A stretch of 64,000 nucleotides of DNA, from the NCBI GenBank assembly GCA_030650275.1, contig JAUSEK010000019.1, positions 144-64,143 on the forward strand. The letters run 5' to 3'. Below are positions 49,310-57,126 of the stretch, piece by piece. This DNA comes from Candidatus Omnitrophota bacterium (GTDB lineage Bacteria > Omnitrophota > Gorgyraeia > Zapsychrales > Fredricksoniimonadaceae). Position numbers and translations under genes: made by a program. Each line of letters opens with the position of its first letter. Within the stretch, counting starts at the first letter, position 1. The notes under the pieces were generated by a model. That model saw nothing but the letters and a program-made list of their open reading frames with translations. It did not search any database and was not told the origin of the DNA.

Positions 49310-49340
49310 AAAGAAATAGAGTGACAGGCGCTAATTTTTA

Positions 49341-49688
49341 ATGGCAGAAATCAAAACAATCACCGCAAAAATAAGAAAATTCCGCGATGAGCGGGATTGG
49401 AAGCAATTCCACAATCATAAGGACGTGGCGCTGTCTTTGGTCTTAGAGGCGGCAGAAGTGCTGGAGCATTTCCAGTGGAAATCGCCGCAAGAGGTCAAGG
49501 AACATGGCGAGGCCTGCAGGTCCGAGATCTCGGATGAGCTGGCGGATGTTGCCGTGTATTTATTTGAACTCGCGGATAATCTCGGGATCGATTTGTCAAA
49601 GGCCATTGATATCAAAATGAAGAAAAATGCCCTGAAATACCCGGTTGAGAAAGCCAGGGGCAGGCATACGAAATACAACAATCTTTAG
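49341..49688 (+). CDS. MazG-like nucleoside triphosphate pyrophosphohydrolase (small all-alpha NTP-PPase).
   Basis: EEA.E..E motifs in ..LEAAEVLEHF.. and ..ELADVAVYLFELA.. characteristic of MazG/HisE-type NTP-PPases; 115 aa. Confidence 0.75.
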   Translation: MAEIKTITAKIRKFRDERDWKQFHNHKDVALSLVLEAAEVLEHFQWKSPQEVKEHGEACRSEISDELADVAVYLFELADNLGIDLSKAIDIKMKKNALKYPVEKARGRHTKYNNL

Positions 49689-49692
49689 GTAG

Positions 49693-49775
49693 AAATTAAA
49701 CATTTGAAAATCGCGCCAGGAATCATTAGAATCATCCTTAGTCAAGCAGGGCTTCCCCGGCCGTAGTCTGTTTGA
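49693..49775 (+). promoter_or_regulatory. Repeat unit R1: near-consensus sigma70 promoter (TTGAAA-17nt-TAGAAT, with -35 at 49704-49709 and -10 at 49727-49732) plus a conserved leader GTCAAGCAGGGCTTCCCCGGCCGTAG, upstream of the ORF6N gene.
   Basis: Read directly; a 17-nt spacer. Copies R2 (50399-50482) and R3 (51801-51900) match at roughly 85-95%. Confidence 0.65.
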
Positions 49776-49828
49776 CAAAAATCCCCTGTAGTAAATCTAT
49801 TAACTTTTAATCTACAAGGGGGTATTCC

Positions 49829-50371
49829 ATGTTCAAGAAATCAGAAACTGTCGCATCGGTCGAGATCATTCAAAACAAGATCTTTTTGATCCGGGGCCGG
49901 AAGGTCATGCTGGATAGGGATCTAGCGGAATTATACGGAGTGCCGACAAAAAGGTTTAATGAACAGGTCAAGAGAGGCATAAAGAGGTTTCCAGCAGATT
50001 TTATGTTTCAATTGACCCAGGAAGAATATGAAAACTTGAGGTCGCAAATTGCGACCTCAAGTTGGGGAGGAAGACGGTACCTGCCTTATGTATTTACCGA
50101 TTACGGTGTAGCAATGCTTTCCAGCGTGTTAAATAGTGACCGAGCTGTTGAGGTTAATATACAGATCATGCGGGCTTTTGCCAGATTGAGGGAGATGATT
50201 ATTTCCCACAAAGATCTGGCTCGCAAGATCGAAGACCTGGAGCGGAATTTTAAAGACCATGATAAGAAGTTTGTTGAGGTTTTTGAGGCGATCAGGCGGT
50301 TGCTGCAGAAAAAAGAAGAGCCGCCCAAGCCCAAGATACCGATCGGGTTTCATCCGCCAATGAAGCCGTAA
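49829..50371 (+). CDS. ORF6N-domain protein (phage antirepressor-type DNA-binding N-domain) with a coiled-coil C-terminus.
   Basis: IRGRKVMLDRDLAELYGV.TKRFNEQVKRGIKRFPADFMFQLTQEE matches the ORF6N domain consensus. Confidence 0.75.
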   Translation: MFKKSETVASVEIIQNKIFLIRGRKVMLDRDLAELYGVPTKRFNEQVKRGIKRFPADFMFQLTQEEYENLRSQIATSSWGGRRYLPYVFTDYGVAMLSSVLNSDRAVEVNIQIMRAFARLREMIISHKDLARKIEDLERNFKDHDKKFVEVFEAIRRLLQKKEEPPKPKIPIGFHPPMKP

Positions 50372-50398
50372 AAAATATAAAACTCCAGCCGTTGGTTG

Positions 50399-50482
50399 GA
50401 GAAATTAACATTTGAAAACCGCGCCAGGAATCATTAGAATCATCCTTAGTCAAGCAGGGCTTCCCCGGCCGTGATCTGCTTG
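50399..50482 (+). promoter_or_regulatory. Repeat unit R2: TTGAAA (50412-50417) -17nt- TAGAAT (50435-50440) plus the conserved leader, upstream of the AbiEii gene.
   Basis: Read directly. Confidence 0.65.
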
Positions 50483-50617
50483 GTAAATTCCCCTCCAAGT
50501 GAGGACATTGATACGATTCTTCAAGGTGCCAATTTGGCTCCCCATGCGGAGCATCAGTCTTCTTGATACAATTTGACAATACTACTTATGAGTAGTATAC
50601 TTTCAGTGAGGCCAAAG

Positions 50618-51313
50618 ATGAAAAACAAGATCGCCTATATAAAGAAAGAGCAGAAAAGAATCACCGGATTAGTCGCTCGCAAATTCAAGGACTATTACTT
50701 GACCGGCGGCACGGCGCTGGCTTTTTATGTCCGGCACCGTTTCTCGGAGGATTTAGATTTTTTTAGCCAAAAGTATGACAAGAAAACACCGGAAAAGATC
50801 ATGGCCTATATTTCCCAAGAAACCGGATTTGATTATCAACTGGATGCCGAGCAGGATGATCCTAAATTAATTCCGATGAAGGTTTATTTTATGGAATTAA
50901 AGGGTGGTGAAGTATTGAAGATAGATTTTGTTAAGGATTATGTCGCAAATGTCCATCCAATCAAGAACGGTATGCACTCCATGGATGATATTTACTACAG
51001 GAAGATCTGTGCGGCGATAGGGGGCCAGGAAAAACAAGGCGAGGCAGGGCAGGTCGTGGCCACGGGCCGGCGAAGCGTTAAAGACCTGTTTGATATTTAC
51101 TATCTTTCTTCTCATTACAAGTCGTTGGCGGATTTTTTCTTTGAATATTTTGCGTACAACCATACAGAACGCCTTGAAGCCTGGTACAGAGGGTTTGACC
51201 GGACAGAAGCAAAATTGGCTTTGATGGACCTGGTTCCCAAGGTGGACACGGGGAAGGTTTTTAAGTATTTGGATGGGCAAATATTAAAACTGATCCCTGG
51301 AAAACTGTTGTGA
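50618..51313 (+). CDS. AbiEii/AbiGii-family nucleotidyltransferase toxin (DUF1814).
   Basis: GGTALAFYVRHRFSEDLDFF matches the AbiEii NTase motif (GG[ST]AL ... R.S.D[IL]D). The start was taken at MKNKIAYI (50618). Confidence 0.7.
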   Translation: MKNKIAYIKKEQKRITGLVARKFKDYYLTGGTALAFYVRHRFSEDLDFFSQKYDKKTPEKIMAYISQETGFDYQLDAEQDDPKLIPMKVYFMELKGGEVLKIDFVKDYVANVHPIKNGMHSMDDIYYRKICAAIGGQEKQGEAGQVVATGRRSVKDLFDIYYLSSHYKSLADFFFEYFAYNHTERLEAWYRGFDRTEAKLALMDLVPKVDTGKVFKYLDGQILKLIPGKLL

Positions 51314-51320
51314 GGCATCT

Positions 51321-51788
51321 ATGAAGATCAATTGGTTGTGGGACACAACGCTGAACAAGGTGCGGGTCAAGAAGATCCTGCATAATGAAAGAGACCCGCG
51401 TTTTTACATTTATGCGGAGAAGTTGTTTTCCCGTGTCGACGATCCCAAGGAGGCCTTTAGTTATGTTTCTAAAGAAGCTTTTTGCCGTCAATGGCCTGTT
51501 GTCAGAAAAAGGATCGCAAAAGATGCCTGGGCAAGAGAGAGGGCGGGTTTCTGGCAGGGTATCTATGAACAGACGTTGAGTATCCCGCCAGAGCGATTAA
51601 GTGTTGCCCAACGGATCAAAGAATTAAGGGTCCATATGGGGTATACCCAAAAGGAAATGGCTAAAAGATTGGGTGTTATTCAGCAGTACGTTTCCCGTTT
51701 GGAAGCCGGCCGGGAGAATTTGACCTTGGATACCTTAAAACGGATAGCCCAAGTTTTTGATAAAGATCTGATCGTTCAATTGAATTAA
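51321..51788 (+). CDS. XRE-family HTH protein (C-terminal HTH_XRE, novel N-terminal domain); candidate cognate antitoxin or regulator for the upstream AbiEii.
   Basis: The C-terminus QRIKELRVHMGYTQKEMAKRLGVIQQYVSRLEAGRENLTLDTL is a classic HTH_3. The gene starts 8 nt after the AbiEii stop. Confidence 0.6.
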   Translation: MKINWLWDTTLNKVRVKKILHNERDPRFYIYAEKLFSRVDDPKEAFSYVSKEAFCRQWPVVRKRIAKDAWARERAGFWQGIYEQTLSIPPERLSVAQRIKELRVHMGYTQKEMAKRLGVIQQYVSRLEAGRENLTLDTLKRIAQVFDKDLIVQLN

Positions 51789-51800
51789 TTCGAGTGGCAC

Positions 51801-51900
51801 GTTATGAGGTTTGGGTGAGGGAAGTTTTTGAAAACTGCACCAGGAATCATTAGGATCATTCTTAGTTAAGCAGGGCTTCCCCGGCCATAGTTTGCTTGCT
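51801..51900 (+). promoter_or_regulatory. Repeat unit R3: TTGAAA (51828-51833) -17nt- TAGGAT (51851-51856) plus the conserved leader, upstream of the Bro-N gene. It is preceded by the motif TTATGAGGTTTGGGTGAGGG.
   Basis: Read directly. Confidence 0.6.
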
Positions 51901-51945
51901 CCCCGTAGCACAAGCGTTATAATCTATTAAACAGAAGGGGGCATC

Positions 51946-52788
51946 ATGTCTCAAGAAATGATCTCAACCAAAATTGCCATTTTTAAGGGTAAACAGATCA
52001 GGAGAACCATTCATAATAATGAATGGTGGTTTTCAGTTGTGGATATCGTAGGGTCTCTGACGGATAGTGAAAATCCCAGGGATTATTGGTATAAAATGAA
52101 GGTTCGTGAAAAAGATGATGCGGGTGTTGAACTGTCGACATTTTGTCGACAGTTGAAATTAGTCGCACCGGATGGCAAGAATAGGGAAACTGACTGCGCT
52201 GATACAGAGGGCATATTCCGTATTATCCAATCCATCCCATCACCCAAAGCTGAACCTTTTAAGCGTTGGCTGGCCAAGGTCGGTTATGAGCGTATTCAAG
52301 AGATAGAAAATCCCGAGCTTGCGGCTAAACGGATGCGGTTGCTCTATAAGCTAAAGGGATATAGCGATGACTGGATCGAAAAGCGCATGCGCGGCATTGT
52401 CATCCGGGAAGAATTAACGGATGAATGGCAGAAGCGTGGCGCACAGGAAGACAAAGATTACGAGGTTTTGACCGCCGAAATAGCCAAAGCCACGTTTGGC
52501 ATCACTCCTAGTGAGTACAGGAAGTTAAAAGGGTTAAAGCGTGAAAATCTGCGGGATCATATGGATGATTTTGAGCTGATCTTTACGATGCTGGGAGAGC
52601 GTTCTACAACGGAAATCCACCGCACCGAAGATTCCAAAGGTATGGCTAAATTAAAAGATGACTCAAAAGCCGGTGGGGACATTGCCGGGGGCGCCCGCCA
52701 ACAGTTGGAAAAAAGGCTTGGGCGGTCGGTTGTTTCAAAAGAGAATTATTTAAATAAGCCACAGAATAAGAAGTTGCCTAGGAAATAA
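51946..52788 (+). CDS. Bro-N domain protein (phage antirepressor-like N-domain) with a charged C-terminal region.
   Basis: The N-terminus ..FKGKQIRRTIHNNEWWFSVVDIVGSL.. fits the Bro-N fold consensus (F.F....iR.....e.wF...Dv...LG). Confidence 0.6.
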   Translation: MSQEMISTKIAIFKGKQIRRTIHNNEWWFSVVDIVGSLTDSENPRDYWYKMKVREKDDAGVELSTFCRQLKLVAPDGKNRETDCADTEGIFRIIQSIPSPKAEPFKRWLAKVGYERIQEIENPELAAKRMRLLYKLKGYSDDWIEKRMRGIVIREELTDEWQKRGAQEDKDYEVLTAEIAKATFGITPSEYRKLKGLKRENLRDHMDDFELIFTMLGERSTTEIHRTEDSKGMAKLKDDSKAGGDIAGGARQQLEKRLGRSVVSKENYLNKPQNKKLPRK

Positions 52789-52794
52789 AAAAAT

Positions 52795-53016
52795 ATGTCT
52801 AAACTACAGGATTTGATCGAATGGGATTATTTGGGGTCGCATTATAGCGTGTACATCAAGCATTTTACGGACGATGACGGCAAGAGGGGGATGACGATGG
52901 TTTTTGAGGACGTGACCCGGGAAAAGGTCACGGAAATGACCGTTCCCTCGCGCAAATTCCCCGCGTTCCTGAAAGCGGTTAACGGCGGTGCAGAGCCGTA
53001 TAGAGGGATCTTTTGA
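52795..53016 (+). CDS. Hypothetical small protein.
   Basis: A 73-aa ORF 6 nt after the Bro-N stop; no motif recognised. Confidence 0.3.
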   Translation: MSKLQDLIEWDYLGSHYSVYIKHFTDDDGKRGMTMVFEDVTREKVTEMTVPSRKFPAFLKAVNGGAEPYRGIF

Positions 53017-53203
53017 GGTCCACCTATTTTTACCCGGCAATTTGATTGACAGGGGGTTGCCCGGTGATATATTGAAAACAGATGTATCGGAGAGTCCTGT
53101 GTTGAAGGGGGAACCTGGACTATAAAAAAAGTAAAACCTTCGCAAGGTCAGATGGCTGACTCGGCGGGGTTTTTTTATTTATATCAAACGAAAGGACAGG
53201 ATT

Positions 53204-53953
53204 ATGGAAACGGGAAAGATCTTCAGGGATTCACAGATCATTGTTTTGGGTGTTTGCATTGCGGTGGCCACCGTCGCGGCGAGTTTGATATTGGCCAAAG
53301 GGTTTATGGCGGTGGTCAAATTCAACCAGCAGGTGGTGACGGTGACCGGGTCGGCGCAAAAGAACATTAAAAGCGATAAAATTGTCTGGAAGGCGATCTT
53401 CAGCCGCCGCGAACGCGACCTGCCCAGCGGCTATAAAAAGGTCCAGGAAGACCTGGATAAGGTGAAAAAATATCTGATGAACCAGGGTGTGGTGGATAGC
53501 GAGATCATTATTCAGCAGATCGTCAGCGACAAAGTATACAAGAAAACTTCGCAGGGCAAGGACACCAATGAAATTGATTATTACGCCTTGATCCAGCCCA
53601 TTGAGGTGTGGTCCAATCAGGTGGATAAGGTGACGGCGGTGTCGCGCGGCTCAACGGAGCTGATCAATCAAAACATCGCCTTTGAATCCGGCGCGCCGGA
53701 GTATTACTATACAAAACTCGACGAACTTAAGATTGAAATGCTGGCGTTGGCCACCGAGAACGCGAAACGGCGGGCCGAGAACATGGTCAAGGCCACGGGC
53801 AATAAGATCGGGTTTATCCGTTCGGCGAGGATGGGGATATTCCAGATCACGCCGGTCAATTCCACCGAGGTTTCCGACTACGGCGTGAATGACACCACAT
53901 CGCTGGAGAAAAAAGTGACGGCGGTGGTGAATGCGGGGTTTAGTATTGAATGA
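53204..53953 (+). CDS. SIMPL-domain (DUF541) periplasmic or membrane-anchored protein.
   Basis: An N-terminal TM/signal anchor, then ..VTVTGSAQ.., the typical first strand of SIMPL domain proteins. Recognised by overall pattern. Confidence 0.5.
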   Translation: METGKIFRDSQIIVLGVCIAVATVAASLILAKGFMAVVKFNQQVVTVTGSAQKNIKSDKIVWKAIFSRRERDLPSGYKKVQEDLDKVKKYLMNQGVVDSEIIIQQIVSDKVYKKTSQGKDTNEIDYYALIQPIEVWSNQVDKVTAVSRGSTELINQNIAFESGAPEYYYTKLDELKIEMLALATENAKRRAENMVKATGNKIGFIRSARMGIFQITPVNSTEVSDYGVNDTTSLEKKVTAVVNAGFSIE

Positions 53954-54016
53954 AAATCTTTGTGAAAACGCATCCCAAGGCCAGGAAAATACAGGTGCTT
54001 GCCAGGGATGCGGCCC

Positions 54017-54075
54017 ATTATGAGGTTTGGGTGAGGGCCAGGCGGTCATTGAGATCGATGATTAGTTTACCAAAA
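54017..54075. repeat. Degenerate fourth copy of the left part of the R repeat (ATTATGAGGTTTGGGTGAGGG ... TCATTGAGATCGATGATTAG). It lacks the promoter hexamers and abuts the murB stop.
   Basis: Read directly. A fifth partial relative (TTTTGGTGAGGGAAG) lies at about 44680-44695. Confidence 0.55.
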
Positions 54076-54996
54076 CCCCTGCTCATTGGCTCCGGGTGCG
54101 TTTTGGAACTTGCCGGCGAAGCGCACTTCGCGGTTTAAGACCAGATCAAATTTTGCCTTGACCAGCAGGGCCATTTTCAGCGATAGGTCGTGCACGTTTT
54201 GCGCTGTGCAGTGAGGGCCTTTGATGATGATATTGGCGTGTTTTTCAAAAATTTGGGCCCCGCCGACTTTTAAGTTTTTCCCGCCCGCCTGCTCCAAAAA
54301 CCATCCCGCGGCCTGACGGCGTTCGGCTTTGGAGGTGGGCTCAATGTTACGGAAAAAACTGCCGGCGCATGGATGGGTGACCAGGTCAGGATGCTTTTCA
54401 GCGCGCGTTTTCAGGATGGCGGCGCGTTCCGTCGCCAGTGCAACACAGTCGCCCGGTTTGAGGGCAAAGGTGACGTCCAGGACGATCTCGCCGGTTTCTT
54501 TCAGGCGCGAGTGGCGGTAAGCGAAGGCAAAGTAGTCCGGACCGACGGTCTTGGCATTGCCTTTGTGGTCCAGGATGGTCGCGGATTTAAGCACATCGCC
54601 CACTTGTTTGCCCCAGGCGCCGGCATTGCCCACCACAGCCCCGCCTACGGTGCCTGGAATGCCCGTGGCGTAATTTAACCCTTCCAGGCCCTCTTCCACC
54701 ATGTTCAGGGCCAGCGCGTCCAAAGACGTGCCGCCGGACACTGTCACGTCATCGTTGCTGCGTTTGATGAGCGGGGTAGGACTGACAAAACGCACCACCG
54801 CAGCGTCCAGGCCCTCGTCCGAAACAACCAAATTGGACCCGCCGCCGATGAGCACGAACGGTGTTTTGTCAGCCGCCAGTTGTTTCACGGCCTGTTTGAC
54901 TTCATCAGGCGTTTGGCAATCCAGCAAATACCGGCAAGGGCCGCCCAGGCGGAACGTCGTATAATCCGCCAGCAGGGCGTCGGGGATGCTTTTCAT
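54067..54996 (-). CDS. murB: UDP-N-acetylenolpyruvoylglucosamine reductase.
   Basis: LADYTTFRLGGP N-terminal FAD-binding motif; 309 aa. Confidence 0.85.
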   Translation of the reverse strand: MKSIPDALLADYTTFRLGGPCRYLLDCQTPDEVKQAVKQLAADKTPFVLIGGGSNLVVSDEGLDAAVVRFVSPTPLIKRSNDDVTVSGGTSLDALALNMVEEGLEGLNYATGIPGTVGGAVVGNAGAWGKQVGDVLKSATILDHKGNAKTVGPDYFAFAYRHSRLKETGEIVLDVTFALKPGDCVALATERAAILKTRAEKHPDLVTHPCAGSFFRNIEPTSKAERRQAAGWFLEQAGGKNLKVGGAQIFEKHANIIIKGPHCTAQNVHDLSLKMALLVKAKFDLVLNREVRFAGKFQNAPGANEQGFW

Positions 54997-55313
54997 TATT
55001 TCGGGAGGCCTTCTAAATACGCGTTGACCGAGGCGATGCCGTTATTGACGGACACGGCATTGTATCCTTCGGCCTGAAGGAGTTCGGCCACGTGATGGCT
55101 GCGGCCGCCTTTGGCGCAGAAGATGAGATAGGACGTGTCCTTGCTCAAGACATCTTTGTTCAAAGGAAATCCGGAACAGGGCATGCACAGATGTTCAGCC
55201 TGCGCGGGCCATTCCCGGATCTCTTCGTCCTCGCGCACGTCCACGAGTGCGTATTTTTTGAAATCCTCCGGGGAAATGCTGTGGATGTCAATGTCAATAT
55301 CTGCTGGATTCAT
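54996..55313 (-). CDS. Rhodanese-like (sulfurtransferase) domain protein.
   Basis: Active-site loop CAKGGRSHH; 105 aa. Confidence 0.8.
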   Translation of the reverse strand: MNPADIDIDIHSISPEDFKKYALVDVREDEEIREWPAQAEHLCMPCSGFPLNKDVLSKDTSYLIFCAKGGRSHHVAELLQAEGYNAVSVNNGIASVNAYLEGLPK

Positions 55314-55741
55314 ACTTTCACCTCGTGTTGACAGCCGCGCACCCAGTCGGAAGTCCCATCCGCGAAGAATTCTTTTTTCCAGATGAGCAGGCGTTTTTTA
55401 ACTTCTTCAATAATGTAGCGCGAGGCCTTAAAGGCCTCGTCCCGGTGGCTGGCCCAGACGCCGATCCATATTGCTGTTTCCCCGACGTTGAGTTTGCCCA
55501 CGCGCTGGACGCATACCGCGCGCGTGACGGGAAAAAGAGACAGGGCCTCGGCCATGATCTTTTTGCCTTCTGTTGTGCAGGCCGGCGTATCAGCGATGTA
55601 TTGCAGAACGCTGACCTTGCCGCTGCCGTGTTGGTCGGCGCGGACAATGCCCTCAAAGGTCACCAGCGCGCCGTCGGCGTCGTTGGCGCCGGTATTTTTG
55701 AAAGAGGCGATGTCAATGGAGCTTTCCTGAAGGATGAACAT
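55310..55741 (-). CDS. moaE: Molybdopterin synthase catalytic subunit.
   Basis: GALVTFEGIVR...(HR)..AF.A....I..VK..L.IWKKE pattern characteristic of MoaE. The start was taken at MFILQESS. Confidence 0.75.
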   Translation of the reverse strand: MFILQESSIDIASFKNTGANDADGALVTFEGIVRADQHGSGKVSVLQYIADTPACTTEGKKIMAEALSLFPVTRAVCVQRVGKLNVGETAIWIGVWASHRDEAFKASRYIIEEVKKRLLIWKKEFFADGTSDWVRGCQHEVKV

Positions 55742-55995
55742 CAATAAGTCACCTTGACAATGCCACCGAGGATCTTGCACTGGCATCCGAGGCGGTGATT
55801 GCGGTCCTGGCCCAGGGCCGATTCCTCTTCATTCAGTTCGTTGAGGTTTTCGGCGCCTTCAAGCACTTCGATCTGGCAGGTGCCGCAGACCCCGGAGTTG
55901 CAGGAAAAGGGGATGCCGGCGGTTTCGCACGCTTCCGCGATCTGTTTGCCGTCGGGGACTTCGTATTCAATATTGTCAATGAAGAGTTTGGCCAT
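55741..55995 (-). CDS. [2Fe-2S] ferredoxin-like protein.
   Basis: CNSGVCGTCQIEV... and a later ..LGCQC.. cysteine pattern. Its stop overlaps the moaE start. Confidence 0.6.
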   Translation of the reverse strand: MAKLFIDNIEYEVPDGKQIAEACETAGIPFSCNSGVCGTCQIEVLEGAENLNELNEEESALGQDRNHRLGCQCKILGGIVKVTY

Positions 55996-56053
55996 AAATG
56001 AGCCCCACAGGGCGAATTTATCTCGAGTCCCGCTATGCGGGACGAGAGATCTC

Positions 56054-56980
56054 TTATTCCTTAAACTGCAGCACCGGAAAAACAATATTTTTTTCCGGAT
56101 TAGGGAATTCCTGCACGCTTGTGCCGGGATAGGCGTTTTGGATCTTTTCAATGATGGTGTCCACCAGATAACGGGGGACGGACGCCCCGGAACTTAAACC
56201 GACCTTACTTTTATTTTTAAAGATACTGACATCCAGTTCTTCCGCCGTGTCCACGATATGGCTTTCAACGCCCTGGCCTTCGCCGGTTTCCCGCAGGCGG
56301 TTGCTGTTGGACGAATGCGGCGAGCCGCAGATGATGATGATGTCGCAGGTCTTGGCCAATTCCTTGACCGCGTCCTGGCGGTTCTGGGTGGCATAACAAA
56401 TGTCCGAGCGCGACGGGCCCACGAGTTTGGGAAATCTTTTCTGGAGTTTGGCAATGATGCCCTTGGTCTCATCCACCGACAAGGTGGTTTGGGTGATATA
56501 GGCCACGGTCTTGCCGGGGGCTATGTCCAGATCGTCCACGTCATCTTCATCTTCCACAATATGCAAAAAGTCGGGACGGACATAGCCCGATGTGCCCACC
56601 AGTTCCTGATGCCCGACGTGCCCGATGAGCACGGTGTCAATGTTCTGGCTGGAAAATTTCACCGCTTCTTTGTGGACCTTGGTGACTAAGGGGCAGGTGG
56701 CATCCACGTATTTCAATTGACGGGTCTTGGCCTGGTCAATGAGGGTCGGGGGAATGCCGTGGGCGCTGAAAATGATGCGGCTGCCTTCGGGAACGTCGTT
56801 AAGGTCTTCAACGAAAATAACGCCCCGCTCGCGCATGTCATTGACCACCGACGTGTTGTGCACGATGTCGTGATAGACATAAAGCGGCGTGCCGTAGGTT
56901 TGCAGGGCCAATTCCACGATATCAATGGCGCTGGCCACCCCGGCGCAAAACCCCTGTGTCCTGGCTAGAAAGATTTCCAT
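56054..56980 (-). CDS. ispH: 4-hydroxy-3-methylbut-2-enyl diphosphate reductase.
   Basis: The N-terminus LARTQGFCAGV matches IspH/LytB. Confidence 0.85.
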   Translation of the reverse strand: MEIFLARTQGFCAGVASAIDIVELALQTYGTPLYVYHDIVHNTSVVNDMRERGVIFVEDLNDVPEGSRIIFSAHGIPPTLIDQAKTRQLKYVDATCPLVTKVHKEAVKFSSQNIDTVLIGHVGHQELVGTSGYVRPDFLHIVEDEDDVDDLDIAPGKTVAYITQTTLSVDETKGIIAKLQKRFPKLVGPSRSDICYATQNRQDAVKELAKTCDIIIICGSPHSSNSNRLRETGEGQGVESHIVDTAEELDVSIFKNKSKVGLSSGASVPRYLVDTIIEKIQNAYPGTSVQEFPNPEKNIVFPVLQFKE

Positions 56981-57126
56981 ATATTGCTTTTTTGGCTGAT
57001 GTTCCTTATAATACGCCGTCAATTATAGCATTTTTGCTTGAGGTGTAAATGACTCCTTGCATTCTCCCTTGTGGGAGTCATCCTGAGCGAGGCTGAGCGA
57101 AGTCGAAGCCGAGTCGAAGGATTCTC

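Noticed and set aside
49693-51900. The R repeats as integron attC recombination sites delimiting gene cassettes.
   Set aside because: I could not find the attC core inverted repeats (R''/L''...L'/R' with GTTRRRY). There is no intI or attI nearby. The units sit upstream of genes rather than downstream and contain a textbook -35/-10 pair with a 17-nt spacer. A promoter-leader interpretation fits better.
53950-54138. A 62-aa plus-strand ORF after the SIMPL gene.
   Set aside because: It overlaps the degenerate R-repeat remnant and the murB 3' end, and has no RBS or motif. It is more likely non-coding repeat sequence.
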